Shown: positions 41,156 through 51,900, counted from the stretch's first letter. The stretch: 64,000 nucleotides of DNA from an uncultured virus (IMG/VR IMGVR_UViG_3300008267_000038) (IMGVR_UViG_3300008267_000038:1-64000); one strand, 5' to 3'. Translations and numbers: made by a program. The notes: generated from the letters alone by a model not told the origin.

Positions 41156-41863
41156 CTAGGCCACAGCGCCAATCGTCGTATTAGCAGAGGCACTACCAGA
41201 GAACCGTAGCGAGGACCCAGCACCAGCCGCCCCACCCGAACCAGGGCTCGGAGCCAAGCCGGTGTCGATGTACTCACCGTACTGCGAAACACCGTCGATG
41301 ATGTCGGACACCGTGACGCTGGAGTTCTCGGCCACCATCGCGGAGTCTGCGGCGAACGAGGCGTTGTAGGAGTTCATCCAGCAACCCTCGTAGAAGGTCA
41401 ACAGGCACTTCACGGGACCGATGGACCCCGACGTACCCGGCACCACCTTGGTGCCAGTACCAGAGTTCGGCTCCTTGGAGGCGATCTCGCTGAACACGAG
41501 TTCCTGCTTGATGTCGAAGGGCCAGCGGTGGTGCTTGAGTGAACGAACCAGACCGTCGATGCCGCCCTTGTATCCGAACAACTGGAACAGGTTGGCGGTA
41601 TAGAGCAGGGTCTTGTTGATGGTGAGCGTCATCGGCTCGGTGACGCTTGGCACCAACTCAGCGACCTGGTCGCCGTAACCCACACCACGGTAGGCGTCGA
41701 TGGTCCGCGACTCGTCGAAGCCGAACTCGCTGACCGCCCCAAGCTGCTGGAACGACTTTGCCCCGACAGAGTAGCCATAGACCTTGTTCTTCTGGCTGAC
41801 AGCGGCCCGAGTGTTGGGCGCGGTTCCCTTGCGATAAACGTAGGTGTCTTTACTGACAGGCAT
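41156..41863 (-). CDS. Tail tube protein
   Basis: 235 aa with GAGGAGG RBS. Motifs ESR.I....GVGYGDQVAELVP, PFDIKQE, T.YEGCW...Y and V.E...V.V.D are typical of myophage tube proteins. Confidence 0.8.
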   Translation of the reverse strand: MPVSKDTYVYRKGTAPNTRAAVSQKNKVYGYSVGAKSFQQLGAVSEFGFDESRTIDAYRGVGYGDQVAELVPSVTEPMTLTINKTLLYTANLFQLFGYKGGIDGLVRSLKHHRWPFDIKQELVFSEIASKEPNSGTGTKVVPGTSGSIGPVKCLLTFYEGCWMNSYNASFAADSAMVAENSSVTVSDIIDGVSQYGEYIDTGLAPSPGSGGAAGAGSSLRFSGSASANTTIGAVA

Positions 41864-41891
41864 CGTAGGACCTCCTCGGGGGTCAGATTAC

Positions 41892-42743
41892 TTAGCGAGC
41901 CGCCGCGAACAGACCGTGGATACGGTCTGCACGGCGGGCCAGCTTGGTGAGGTCATTACCAACCCAAGCCTCGGCCATGTCGGCGTTCGATAGAATCTCG
42001 TGGACGTCCGAAGCCACGCGGTGCAGGTCAGCCTGCGCCTGCGAGGCGTTGAAACGGCGACCGGCCTGCAAGAGAGCGTCGATCTTGTCGCTGGCCTCCG
42101 CAACCTTGGTAAGGATCGTCTCTGCAACCTTGGTGTTGTGGTTCAGAGCGGCAGCCGACTTGCCCATCGGGTGGGTCACGTCGGCGGGCGGCGTCCACGC
42201 GCCCGGGTCCTCCATCGTGTCAACCGTCGGCTCACCCAGACCGTAGAACGCCTTGTTTTTCGACTGATCGCCAAAGTCAGGGAGGCTGACGGCAGCCTGC
42301 CGCAGATTACGGACGAGGGCGGTAGTCACCTCGGAGCCACTCGCAACCCGCGAGTTCATCTCACGGATGGTGTTCTCAAGGTGCGCGATGCGGGTATCAA
42401 GAAACTGCTGGGGGGTCATGTGAGTGCCTTTCTCGCTCGTCAAAGGAGCCTGCCTCTGCGAGGGGATAAGAGGACTAACGCGGGCCGACTTGCGGAGGGG
42501 TTTGGGGGCCAAGAACTGAAACAACTCGTCAACGTCGAGGGCCACCATAGCTTGGCCGGTACGGTTGAACTCCTCAATCGCCCGACGCTTCATGATACGG
42601 TCGGGGACCAAAGACGCCACCAGCTTGAGAACCGAGACAGTACCAAGGATGTACTTGACCCCATCGGGCAAGCACACGAAGTCCCTTGCTCCATCCGTCT
42701 CTAGGGTGACCGACGTAAGTTTGCCCACGTTATTGGAGGTCAA
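41892..42743 (-). CDS. Hypothetical protein, possibly with an internal start at 42419
   Basis: 283-aa ORF with a TTG start and a helical C-terminal half. The internal ATG has a GAAAGG RBS. Confidence 0.55.
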   Translation of the reverse strand: MTSNNVGKLTSVTLETDGARDFVCLPDGVKYILGTVSVLKLVASLVPDRIMKRRAIEEFNRTGQAMVALDVDELFQFLAPKPLRKSARVSPLIPSQRQAPLTSEKGTHMTPQQFLDTRIAHLENTIREMNSRVASGSEVTTALVRNLRQAAVSLPDFGDQSKNKAFYGLGEPTVDTMEDPGAWTPPADVTHPMGKSAAALNHNTKVAETILTKVAEASDKIDALLQAGRRFNASQAQADLHRVASDVHEILSNADMAEAWVGNDLTKLARRADRIHGLFAAAR

Positions 42744-43602
42744 ACAAAGGAATCCTCACTCGCATGAGAGTGCGGACCACCTCGGTGGCAAGGATGAGTG
42801 TTCCGTCGGGAGGACTCCACAACCAATCCCCCTCCACCGCCCACGCGGGGATGCCCCCCAACAGTACCTCGGCCTCGTTCAACAGCAAGGCGGCCCGCTC
42901 GATGTCGAAAGGGATGAAGGCGCTCTTGCGTGCCACAAGGGCTGGCAACAGGGAGCCTCGACGCCCTCCGAACAGGACCCCCTGATAGTACCCCTGCCGA
43001 TACAACTCGAACCACGCCTCGGGCAGGCTGCCCGTCGTCTCCGCAACCACAAAACCCCCACTGGCTTGATCGAGGATGGTGGGGGCAGGGAAAGGCGCTC
43101 CCAAGGAAGGCAGGGTCCCATCCCAAAGGTACGCTCGGACCCACGAGATCGCGGTCGGCAGGCGAGCGTTCACCTTCTCGGGCGTCAGGTCATCAGGGAA
43201 GTACCCTCGGATGAGCCTTATGAACTGCCCCACCTCGGGGGCCAGATGGCCGATGAAGGGGTACCCTCGACGGTGCATGAGGTCCACGCCCGACACAAAA
43301 GCCGCCGTACTCGGCAGTACCAAGAGGTCCCTGTGCAGGAACAGCGTGGCTGCCACCAGCACGTCCACGTCACGGGTACGGTTGAACACGAAGGCGCTTG
43401 GGGATGGACGCCCCATCGACAGGTCCTCAAAGAGAGCCGTCAGGGCACCTGGGAACGCTGGGCCAAACCCTTGCCCGTGATGCTCGTAGCACCACAGGAC
43501 GGGGCTGGCGACCTGTTCGATGCTGGCCCCCGTCTCGAACGTCAAAGCCTTCTCGACAATCGGAGGAGCCTTCTCGTCGTAATAGACCTTGAGTTCCAGC
43601 AT
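42730..43602 (-). CDS. Divergent DHH-phosphoesterase-like protein
   Basis: EHH and DVD motifs in a permuted DHH-like arrangement. The match is weak. Confidence 0.4.
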   Translation of the reverse strand: MLELKVYYDEKAPPIVEKALTFETGASIEQVASPVLWCYEHHGQGFGPAFPGALTALFEDLSMGRPSPSAFVFNRTRDVDVLVAATLFLHRDLLVLPSTAAFVSGVDLMHRRGYPFIGHLAPEVGQFIRLIRGYFPDDLTPEKVNARLPTAISWVRAYLWDGTLPSLGAPFPAPTILDQASGGFVVAETTGSLPEAWFELYRQGYYQGVLFGGRRGSLLPALVARKSAFIPFDIERAALLLNEAEVLLGGIPAWAVEGDWLWSPPDGTLILATEVVRTLMRVRIPLFDLQ

Positions 43603-43625
43603 GGCAGAGTCTTACCCCACCCTGC

Positions 43626-44117
43626 CTAGCAGGGGCAATCGGGAAGGTACTGCTGCATACTCTGCCGTGGGATGTCGGGATAGACCCTGACCCGTCGGGC
43701 GCGGAAGTCGAGATCGGGCAGCGTGGGGTACGGGCAGAACTCACGCCCGTCCTTCGCGCAAACGTAGTCCGCAAACAGATACCAGATGTTGGTGGGGACC
43801 GGCTCACTACCGGCCTCCCACGCCACCACGGTTGCCTCTGGGACCCCCACGAAGGTTCCCGCCTGCGCGGTAGAGAACTCAATGGCGTGCCGCATGAACT
43901 CGAAGGTCGGCCCCGACACCAAGCCCATGTGGGCAAGGGTCGAGGCCGCACGACGGTAAGCCGCCAAGGTGGCAACGGTCGAGAAAATGGGACCAGCCGA
44001 AGTCAGCCGCGCCTCAAGGGCTGCGACAAAGATGATGCCCGTCCTGCCGACGGGCATCTCGAAGTCCACCAGAACGTACTCGACTTCTTCGGCGGTTGGC
44101 CCGCATGGAGTGGTCAT
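43626..44117 (-). CDS. Cro/C1-type HTH-like protein
   Basis: FEFMRHAIEFSTAQAGTFVGVPEATVVAWEAG..PVP matches the XRE HTH pattern. Confidence 0.5.
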   Translation of the reverse strand: MTTPCGPTAEEVEYVLVDFEMPVGRTGIIFVAALEARLTSAGPIFSTVATLAAYRRAASTLAHMGLVSGPTFEFMRHAIEFSTAQAGTFVGVPEATVVAWEAGSEPVPTNIWYLFADYVCAKDGREFCPYPTLPDLDFRARRVRVYPDIPRQSMQQYLPDCPC

Positions 44118-44731
44118 CGAGCGAAGATGGCGTACTCTTTCTCAGCCCACGCCAGTTGCTTGGGGGAGAGAAGGGCGTTCGGCCCCCGCATCCGTTGCAG
44201 CATATCGGCAAAGATGCCCGAGTTACGGCTGCGCGACACGGCGAGGGCTTGCAGCATCGCCACCTGCCGGTCATGCTCCGACTTGGCCTCCTGCGGACGC
44301 TCCTGACGGAACCGCTCCTGCTCCTCACGGACGGTGCCCTTGGCCCGCGCCTCCTCACGCTCCTTGGTGAGGTCCTCGAACTTCTCGATGGCGTCCTCGA
44401 TACGCTTGCGGAGGTTATCCCGCCAGTTCTCGACGCGGTGGACGCGCTGCTCACGGCCAGCGAAAGGCCGCTTGGACTTGGTGTTCATGAGGGTGACTCG
44501 CATGGAGTCCTCCCCCTCACCTCGGGCGGCTTGCCCTGTGAACACCGAGGTCTGGACCTGGATGACGTTCGTGGGGTCCTCCGCGTCAGGGGTGAGGATG
44601 TAGATGACCTCACCCCAACTCGACTTCTCGACACGGGGCTTCGTCGCACGGAAGGCTCGCCGGATCAGTTGGTCGATTTCCGGCAGCGTCACCGTGACGG
44701 CATGAGCGGCTTGGCGGTCCAGATACTTCAT
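44114..44731 (-). CDS. Hypothetical protein
   Basis: 205 aa with GGAGG RBS and ATGA overlaps on both sides. Confidence 0.6.
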   Translation of the reverse strand: MKYLDRQAAHAVTVTLPEIDQLIRRAFRATKPRVEKSSWGEVIYILTPDAEDPTNVIQVQTSVFTGQAARGEGEDSMRVTLMNTKSKRPFAGREQRVHRVENWRDNLRKRIEDAIEKFEDLTKEREEARAKGTVREEQERFRQERPQEAKSEHDRQVAMLQALAVSRSRNSGIFADMLQRMRGPNALLSPKQLAWAEKEYAIFAR

Positions 44732-47700
44732 AGCGGCCTCCTATCGTAGCCATACGCGCCGGAACCGACGAGGGGGAGCGAGGCGGCGGTCTTTTGGGTG
44801 AAGTCGGTCAGGCCCGCGACCGCCTCATCGACATCCACGGGTTCCTCTGCGCCCAGATCAATCGGGTCCTGTGCCGACATGGGGACCACAGCGCCAGGGG
44901 TAAGCGTCTCGGGCTTCGGCACGTTCTGGCCCATGCGTAGGCCAGCCTCACCAATGAACGGGCTGACCCCTCTGGGGCACATGACCGTCATGGTCTGCTT
45001 GGCGCGAGTGAGGCCCACATAGCCCAGCCGACGCTCCGACTCCATCTCCTGCTCGGGCGTCATCAGAGATTCCTCGGGGACCTCGTTGACAGCCAGCTTC
45101 TTCGACTTGGCAACACGAGGGAACACTCCCTTGGGCATCAGCAGCGTAACGTCCTCCCACTCCGCACCCTTCGTGGAGTGGACGGTGCCCAGATAGACAC
45201 CCGGAGGCGGCTTACGGTTGGAAAGCGGGACCCCCTCGCTGATCTGCTTCTTCTCCCACTCGTCGGGGTCGATGCGGAGTTCCTCGGCACGCTCGGCCAA
45301 GTTGTTGAACCGCCCGTAGAACTGCTTGGGGTCGCTGGGGTTGTACTCGGGGTCGAGATCGTTCGGCTCCATCATGAGTTTCACGAACTCAAGCGCCCCT
45401 AGCTTGGGCTTCTCGGAATCGTCGAGTTCGGCGTCCGTCTCGGATGCTTCCTGCTCGACCTTTGCGGAGATGCGGGCTTCCGTGGACTCACGGAAGGTGA
45501 CAACCTTCTCCTGCCACTCTCTGGAGCCAGGGGGCGGGGGCGTCTTTTCCAGAATAGGCAGCGCCAACACCGCCTCGAACAGGTCCTTGGTCTTGAAGCT
45601 GGGGTCTTGGAGGAAGTCGCGGATTTGCGAGATGCCTTCCAAGAGGCCGTCGGCCGCCTGAGTGTTCTTTCTGGCAGCAAACGGGTGGACACCCAAGTGG
45701 GTAAAGAACCCCTCTAGGAACTTCGGGTTGCGATACGCCTCGTCAACGGGGTCAAACTCGGAGAGTTTTCGCCCTTCCTGCTTGCAGTAGGCAGCAAACG
45801 CCTGCTTGGTGTTACGCTGCGTGAGTTTCTTGTTCTCGTCCTTGTCGTCGGAGAACTTCGGCTTGAAAAGACCAGCCGAGACGAGCGTTTGAGCAAATGC
45901 GTCTTGGGCCTGCATGGGGCTTTCGGCCACCGCCGCCGTAGCGAACGCCTTGAAGGACTCGGTTTCGGGAACCGAGAACACAGCCGTGCCCTTCTTCTGG
46001 ACAAACGGGATGCCGAGGGTCGCACAGACCTGCTGATAGACGGCCAACTCGCCGTTGGTACGAGCGAGAACGGCGTGGTCCGACAGGGGCTTACCCTCGT
46101 TGCGGACCGACAGGATTTTCTTGCCGAACTCTGCCGCCGCAACGGCCTCGTCGGCAGGGTCCTTCACGATGAGGTCAGCCTCACCACGCGCACGGTCGGG
46201 GCGGGCCTTGGCCTCCATCGGGATTTGGTTCTGGTTGTTGGCGATCAGCTTGTTGGCCGCATCGACAAACTCGGGGGCGCAGCGGTAGTTGGTGGTGATC
46301 TGACGATCCTTGAACCCCTGCTTGTCGAGGGCGATGAACGCCTCGGGGTCCGCACCACGGAACTGGTAGATGCTCTGCTTGTCGTCACCCACCATCCAGA
46401 ACGACTTTTTGGGATCGTCCGTCGAAATATGCTCAGTCATGAGTTGCAGCACCTCAGACTGTAGGGGGTTCAAGTCCTGGCACTCATCCACCATGATGTG
46501 GTCGATGTTGGCCTGCACGGACTTGCGAGCCGTAGGGTTGTCACGGATGACGTCGCGGAAAACCGACAGCATATCGTTGAAGTCACCGATGCGCGGCTTG
46601 CCTGCCCTGTAGAAGCCCACAAACTTTGAGGCAGCCTTCGAGGGACCCATCGGCTTGTCGGGGCACAGGTTGGGCTGCCAGCCAGGCCCAAGTGAACCCT
46701 TTAGACCTTCGTATAGTTCGTAGAACTTGATCGCTTGCTTGGCCTCGATGGAGCCTTGCTCGGAAGCCCACGCCTGGGCCTCATCAAAACTCATCCCCTG
46801 CCCTTGGAAGATGTTGAGGTACGCCATCATGCGGCCCGACTTGGGCGGCATCTTCCAGAGTTCATCGGGGGGAAGTTCCCGCTCCTCCCCGTCCTTGTCG
46901 CCAGGGGGATCGCGGTCGATGTGGTCAAAGCACTCTTTCCAGATGTCCTTGGCGGCCTTGAAAAGGGCCGACGCACTTACCGCACCGCCCTTATCCCCCA
47001 CCTTGGCAAACACGTCCCGCTGCGCGGGGGTGCCATACAGAGAGATGTACTTCAAGAAGGTCGAGTGCATGGTGCCGACCTGCACACCGTTCGACTTCGG
47101 ACTCTTTGTGGTCGATACCCTATCAGGGCCGATCTTCGCGGCCATCTTGACGGCCAACTCGTCGGCGGCCTTCTTGTTGAAGGACATCGCCATCATACGG
47201 CTCGGCTGTGCCCCATTCTCGATGAGGTACTGGACACGGGCCAACAGTGTCGTGCTTTTACCCGAACCTGCACCGGCCGACACACGGACCTTGCCTCCCG
47301 TCATGGCCGCCGCACGCTGCTCAGGATCGAGGGTGCGGAGGGCAGGCGGGACGTTCTTGGGGTCATCGGGGTTGGCGGCGATTGCCGTGGCCGCCGCCGT
47401 CGCCACACCAATGACCTCGGACTTCGTGAGGGTACGATCCTCCTCACCAGACTTCTCAAGCGCCTTACGGGCCGCCTCGGTGGCGTCCGTCTCAACCTTG
47501 GCGAGAGTGGCAACCTGCTGGTCACGCTGACCCACACTCTGGTCAGAGCCAGGCACGCCACCCTGCTGGACCTTACTGTTGAGAACGCTGTCGGTGGCGT
47601 CCGCAACACCACGGGTGGCCTCTTGGACGGCACTCACGGTCGCCGTCCCAGGCGTCACAACAACTTCCGAGGCAAAGTCGATCCACCGCTCCAGCATCTT

Positions 47701-48237
47701 GTTCTTGAGCGTGAGTGCCGAGAAGCCGTTGAGGGCTTGGTCAGGGTCATCAATGCCCGCCGCATCAATGGCACCACGGGCTTCCGCAAGAGCCTTACGG
47801 TTCGTACCAAAAATCTCCTTGAGGATGACCGGCTGCTTCATCACTAGCCGCAGCTTGAGAGCGCGGACAGGGATGCCTTCCTCGGTAGGCTTCGGACGCA
47901 TCGCCGCCGCCAACAGCGACAACTTCGAGGTGTCGTCCTTGAGACGCTCCTTGAAGAAGGCTTCGACGGCCTCCAGATTTTGCATCTCCACTCGCCGTAG
48001 CAGGCTGATGCCCTTCTCAAGGATGTCGTCGGCCCGTGCGTAATCTACGTCGGGGCGCTGTGCATCGTGTGCGCCCTGTAGCCAACCGATGTAGCAGTCG
48101 AGGGCGAACACGAACACGATGTAGTCCGCGACCTGTAGTTCGCCCACGGCCTCCTCATCGTTCGCCTTCTTGGTGTGACGACGAGCGGGAGGTGTAGGCG
48201 GCAAGCTGTCGGAGATGTGTCGTCGGCTGTAGGTCAT
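44728..48237 (-). CDS. uvrD: UvrD/PcrA-family SF1A helicase with ~295-aa N-terminal extension
   Basis: Motifs LDPEQ, AGAGSGKST (I), SFNKKAA (Ia), TMHS, VDECQD (II), VGDDKQSIYQFRGA (III), NYRC (IV), TVHSTKGAEW (V) and ERRLGYVGLTRAK (VI). Confidence 0.92.
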   Translation of the reverse strand: MTYSRRHISDSLPPTPPARRHTKKANDEEAVGELQVADYIVFVFALDCYIGWLQGAHDAQRPDVDYARADDILEKGISLLRRVEMQNLEAVEAFFKERLKDDTSKLSLLAAAMRPKPTEEGIPVRALKLRLVMKQPVILKEIFGTNRKALAEARGAIDAAGIDDPDQALNGFSALTLKNKMLERWIDFASEVVVTPGTATVSAVQEATRGVADATDSVLNSKVQQGGVPGSDQSVGQRDQQVATLAKVETDATEAARKALEKSGEEDRTLTKSEVIGVATAAATAIAANPDDPKNVPPALRTLDPEQRAAAMTGGKVRVSAGAGSGKSTTLLARVQYLIENGAQPSRMMAMSFNKKAADELAVKMAAKIGPDRVSTTKSPKSNGVQVGTMHSTFLKYISLYGTPAQRDVFAKVGDKGGAVSASALFKAAKDIWKECFDHIDRDPPGDKDGEERELPPDELWKMPPKSGRMMAYLNIFQGQGMSFDEAQAWASEQGSIEAKQAIKFYELYEGLKGSLGPGWQPNLCPDKPMGPSKAASKFVGFYRAGKPRIGDFNDMLSVFRDVIRDNPTARKSVQANIDHIMVDECQDLNPLQSEVLQLMTEHISTDDPKKSFWMVGDDKQSIYQFRGADPEAFIALDKQGFKDRQITTNYRCAPEFVDAANKLIANNQNQIPMEAKARPDRARGEADLIVKDPADEAVAAAEFGKKILSVRNEGKPLSDHAVLARTNGELAVYQQVCATLGIPFVQKKGTAVFSVPETESFKAFATAAVAESPMQAQDAFAQTLVSAGLFKPKFSDDKDENKKLTQRNTKQAFAAYCKQEGRKLSEFDPVDEAYRNPKFLEGFFTHLGVHPFAARKNTQAADGLLEGISQIRDFLQDPSFKTKDLFEAVLALPILEKTPPPPGSREWQEKVVTFRESTEARISAKVEQEASETDAELDDSEKPKLGALEFVKLMMEPNDLDPEYNPSDPKQFYGRFNNLAERAEELRIDPDEWEKKQISEGVPLSNRKPPPGVYLGTVHSTKGAEWEDVTLLMPKGVFPRVAKSKKLAVNEVPEESLMTPEQEMESERRLGYVGLTRAKQTMTVMCPRGVSPFIGEAGLRMGQNVPKPETLTPGAVVPMSAQDPIDLGAEEPVDVDEAVAGLTDFTQKTAASLPLVGSGAYGYDRRPL

Positions 48238-48339
48238 GGTGGCCCTCTCTTACACCGTGCGGCTCATAAAAAGAACGGCAACGTGCTGGTCGGTTGATTT
48301 CTGGGAAGGTGCCTTCCTATGGAGAGCAGGAGGCACGCC

Positions 48340-48720
48340 ATGAAGGTTCTGATGCACAAGGTCGGGTCGGTCGGATACGAACTGGTCGAAACCCGCCCCC
48401 TCAACACGGTCACTTGGGCGCGGCTGCGCGACGGCTCGTGGGGGCTGCGGTCGGAGGCCGTGCTGGTCCCAGGCGACATCGTGTGGGTCGCAACCAAGGC
48501 TGGCCGCAAGTCCAAGGTGACGGTCGGCCAGCAGGTGTGGGGCAACCACGAGTGCATCCTGTACCGCAAGGGTGAGGATGTCCGCAAGGCCGCGACGATG
48601 GCTCCCGTTGTGGATGCCGAGATCGCGGGCGAGCAGGCTGCCAATGACGGGGCCGACACCAAGGGCGTGCCCCGTTGCCCCTACTGCTGGGACGAGGCGT
48701 GCGCCGGTTGGTGCGCGTAG
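48340..48720 (+). CDS. Small hypothetical protein with C-terminal Cys cluster (opposite strand)
   Basis: AGGAGG RBS. Contains TWARLRDGSWGLR..PGDIVWV and ends CPYCWDEACAGWC. Confidence 0.65.
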   Translation: MKVLMHKVGSVGYELVETRPLNTVTWARLRDGSWGLRSEAVLVPGDIVWVATKAGRKSKVTVGQQVWGNHECILYRKGEDVRKAATMAPVVDAEIAGEQAANDGADTKGVPRCPYCWDEACAGWCA

Positions 48721-48734
48721 GCGGCAAAAGGAAA

Positions 48735-48764
48735 CGGCCCCACCCCCGCGAGGGAGTGGGGCCG
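48735..48764. terminator. Probable intrinsic terminator between convergent genes
   Basis: Hairpin CGGCCCCAC-C-CCC-GCGA-GGG-A-GTGGGGCCG. On the minus strand it is followed by TTTCCTTTT. Confidence 0.6.
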
Positions 48765-48934
48765 AACCGTTTGTGGATGGTCCCCCACCACAAACAACCC
48801 CGCGAGGGAGTGCCGGGACCGAAACCTCACGGATTCCCAGCACTCTATCACGGATTGAGAACACCCTACGGGTCCAGCACGCCTTTTCTAAGGGGGCCGA
48901 CAACTTCACAAAACCCCTATAAAATAGGTGGAAA

Positions 48935-51900
48935 CTAGAGCTGCGCTCTCAAATTGAACGTCAGGACGATGTATAAAAGTGGGAACACCGGCTGGTAGTA
49001 CGCCTCGAACTGGAGGACCGTCGGATCGTTGGGGTCCACCGTAGAGGCGATGCCCGTGAAGGCCGCGACGATCTCGGCCTCGACCAACTGCTTGAACAGC
49101 GAGGTCATCGTCACTTCGACTTCTTGGGTACGGGACGCCAAGAACTTGGTACCGACGAAGTTATCAAGGACGATGCGGCTCTGCTGCTGAACGAAGTCCG
49201 CGATCTGGGTGACGGTCGGCAACCGAGTGAGGGCCGACGCCATGTTGGTGGTCAACCCCTGACGGATACGGATGAGGCCACCCGAGTCCTCCAGCAGGGT
49301 GACGCCCTTCACCGCCGTTTGGTTAGCCTCCACGGGGTCCATCACACGGGGGATGCCGGTGAACCCGAGGATACGACGACGGGTGTAGGGGGTCGCCACG
49401 TCCACGGAGGGGCTGACCACCGCACCCGCGACAGCCGCCGCGATGAACGTACCATCCACGAGGTTGTCGTAGGACTGCCCCAACTCGTCCGTCAACGTCA
49501 CGATGGCCGAGTCGGGGTAGTAGGCGACGACGCGGTTCGAGTTCAAGCCGGTCGCCACCGTGGCTGCCGTCTGGGGCGGGGTGTTGGCAGCAAACCCGAT
49601 GAAGCCCATCCGTTCCGCTTGGTTCTGGATGAGGCTCTGCGTCTCACAATGCTGGGCCAACTGCGAGAACACGGCCGCCGAGGAGGTGAGAGGCACGATG
49701 ATGTCGGGCTTCACACCACCCGTCAGCGGGAGGGTTAGCTCCTGTAGGGCGTTGATGTAGGACAAGTCGCTGGCCTGGTTGGTGTTGGGCACCTTGAGGA
49801 CCTGCTTGATGCCCACCAGCAAGGCTCCGTTCAAGATGGCGAGGTAAGCCGCCAACGTGACACGGTTCTCAGCCGAGGTACGGCCGAAGTTCGCCTCGAT
49901 GGTCTTTAGTTGCCGGAAGATGCGGGTCGAGTAGTCCTGCTTGAGGAACTTGTAGGACAGGTAGTACGGATCACCGATCTTCGGCTCGACGCCCGTGGGA
50001 GCAAACGTCTGTAGCTTGCCGGTGTCGTTCGGGATGACGCCGACCGTGTTCGCCACCGTCAGTTCCATGCCAGGCACAGCGTAGAACGGAACCGCAGGGT
50101 TGACGTGGAAGGTCGGGCTGACCTCCATCGTGAACGAGCCACCCGTCGTGTAGGAACCCGTCGTGCTGGGCAGCACCGTGAACCGCAAGCCCGTCTGCGG
50201 GGCCGTGAAGGTTTGGCCCGGCACACCGTCACCCGACGAACCCGCCGCGCTGTTGGACGTCACCGTGAAGATGTCGGTGGCGTTCTGGCCCACGTCGCCG
50301 TCCGTCCCAGCCACCACCTTGGTGCCCGTCGTGGGGTTGAAGGCCGACGTAGTAGCGCCCGAGTCCACGAAGGCGACCGACGACGTTGCCGTGCCGACCG
50401 TCAGCGACTCGATGGTGATGTAGTTCAACCCCTCGATGCTGGACGGGTAAGCGATGCCCGCCGTCATGAAGGACGCCGTGTCGTTCAAGAGGTTGACCAC
50501 CTCCTGCGCGGTCACGCGGGTCTGGTTCGCCATCTGGTTCTGGGTAAAGCCCAGCACCGAGTTGGCGTTGCCAGTGAGGATCACGAGCGACGACACATCG
50601 GAGTTCGTCGTGCTGGTGAGCCGCACCTTGTTGAGGTTCGGACCCGTCGCCACCGAGGCAACGCCCGGACAAGCGGCGTTGATGAACGATGCCACGGTGG
50701 CGGCCGTGACAGCCGCGCCGTTCGGGAACGTCACCGTGTAGTCCACACCGTTGACGCGCACCGAGAAGGTATCGTTCACACCCGTCGTGATGGCAAACGG
50801 ACCCACGACGCTACCCAGCAGCGTGGCGGGCTTGTTGGTGGCATCAATGGTCCCGAGAGCCTTCTGGAACGCCTTGAAGCCCAGCGTCGTCTGAGCGGTG
50901 CCCTGCTTGATATAGACGCTCGACACGTCATCGAAGTTTGCGGGCGTCGTCATCGACTTGATGTAGAAGATGATGTCGCCCGTGCCAGGGGTACCGGCAA
51001 TCTGCACGAACCCGCAGAGGTTGTTGGGGGCCGTACCCGCAAAAGCCGGATCAGCGTCGATGGCTGCGTTGATTTCGTTCTTGATCTGCGTGGGGGTACG
51101 GGTACCCGTCGTCAGCGTCACCGAGATGTCAACCTCATCGACATCGAAGGACAACACCTCGTTGCCCGCCGAGATGATGACGTTACCGCCCGTGTCGGGG
51201 GTAACGTGCTTACCAACCAGCATGGCAGGCGCAGCGTCAGCCAAGTTGGTGGCGTAGTTGACGTTGTTGAGTTTCGTGGTCCACGTCGCGGAGTACGGCG
51301 TGTAGAAGGAGTACGGCTCCGCGCCCTTGATGGTGTAGGCGGCGTTCGTCGGGTCCTTCTGGTCGAACGTCACCGTCACCGTCTCGCTGGCAGGCGTGCC
51401 GACGCCCGTGTGGAAGGCGTCAGGAACCCGCTCCGCTCCACGGGGCCACTGGACCGTCTCAGCCAAACCAGACTTGGTACCAAACCGCACCTGATAGAGG
51501 TTCGGGTTGTTGAGGCTCGACACCTCGTACTGTCCAACGCCCACGGCACCCGGCACCTTGCAGGTGAAGGTGTAGGAGTCATCCGCGACACGGCTGTAGT
51601 AGAAGGTCGCAAACGCCAAGTAGTCGGGCGGCACAGGGTCCTTGAGGGACACGAGGCGGTTCGCACCATCCACAGTCAGGACGGTCACCGCAGGACGGCT
51701 CATCGCATCCTGTAGATCGCGGCCGACGTACACCTCCACGAGGTCGGGGCGGTTGGTGGTGAGGTCCTGCCGACCGTTCGTGACTGCCTCAAAGACCGAC
51801 ATGGTGAGCGGGGTGTTACGCCCGTTACCCATCGTGGGAACTTCGGGGAGCAAGAAGTCCGTGGTCGAAACCGTCGCGGGCACGGTGGCGGTGTCGATGA

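Noticed and set aside
48765..48826. HDV-like, hammerhead or pistol ribozyme
   Set aside because: GGTCCC/GGGACC and CCTCGC recall HDV P2 and L3, but I could not build P1 and P3. There is no CUGANGA core and no pistol consensus.
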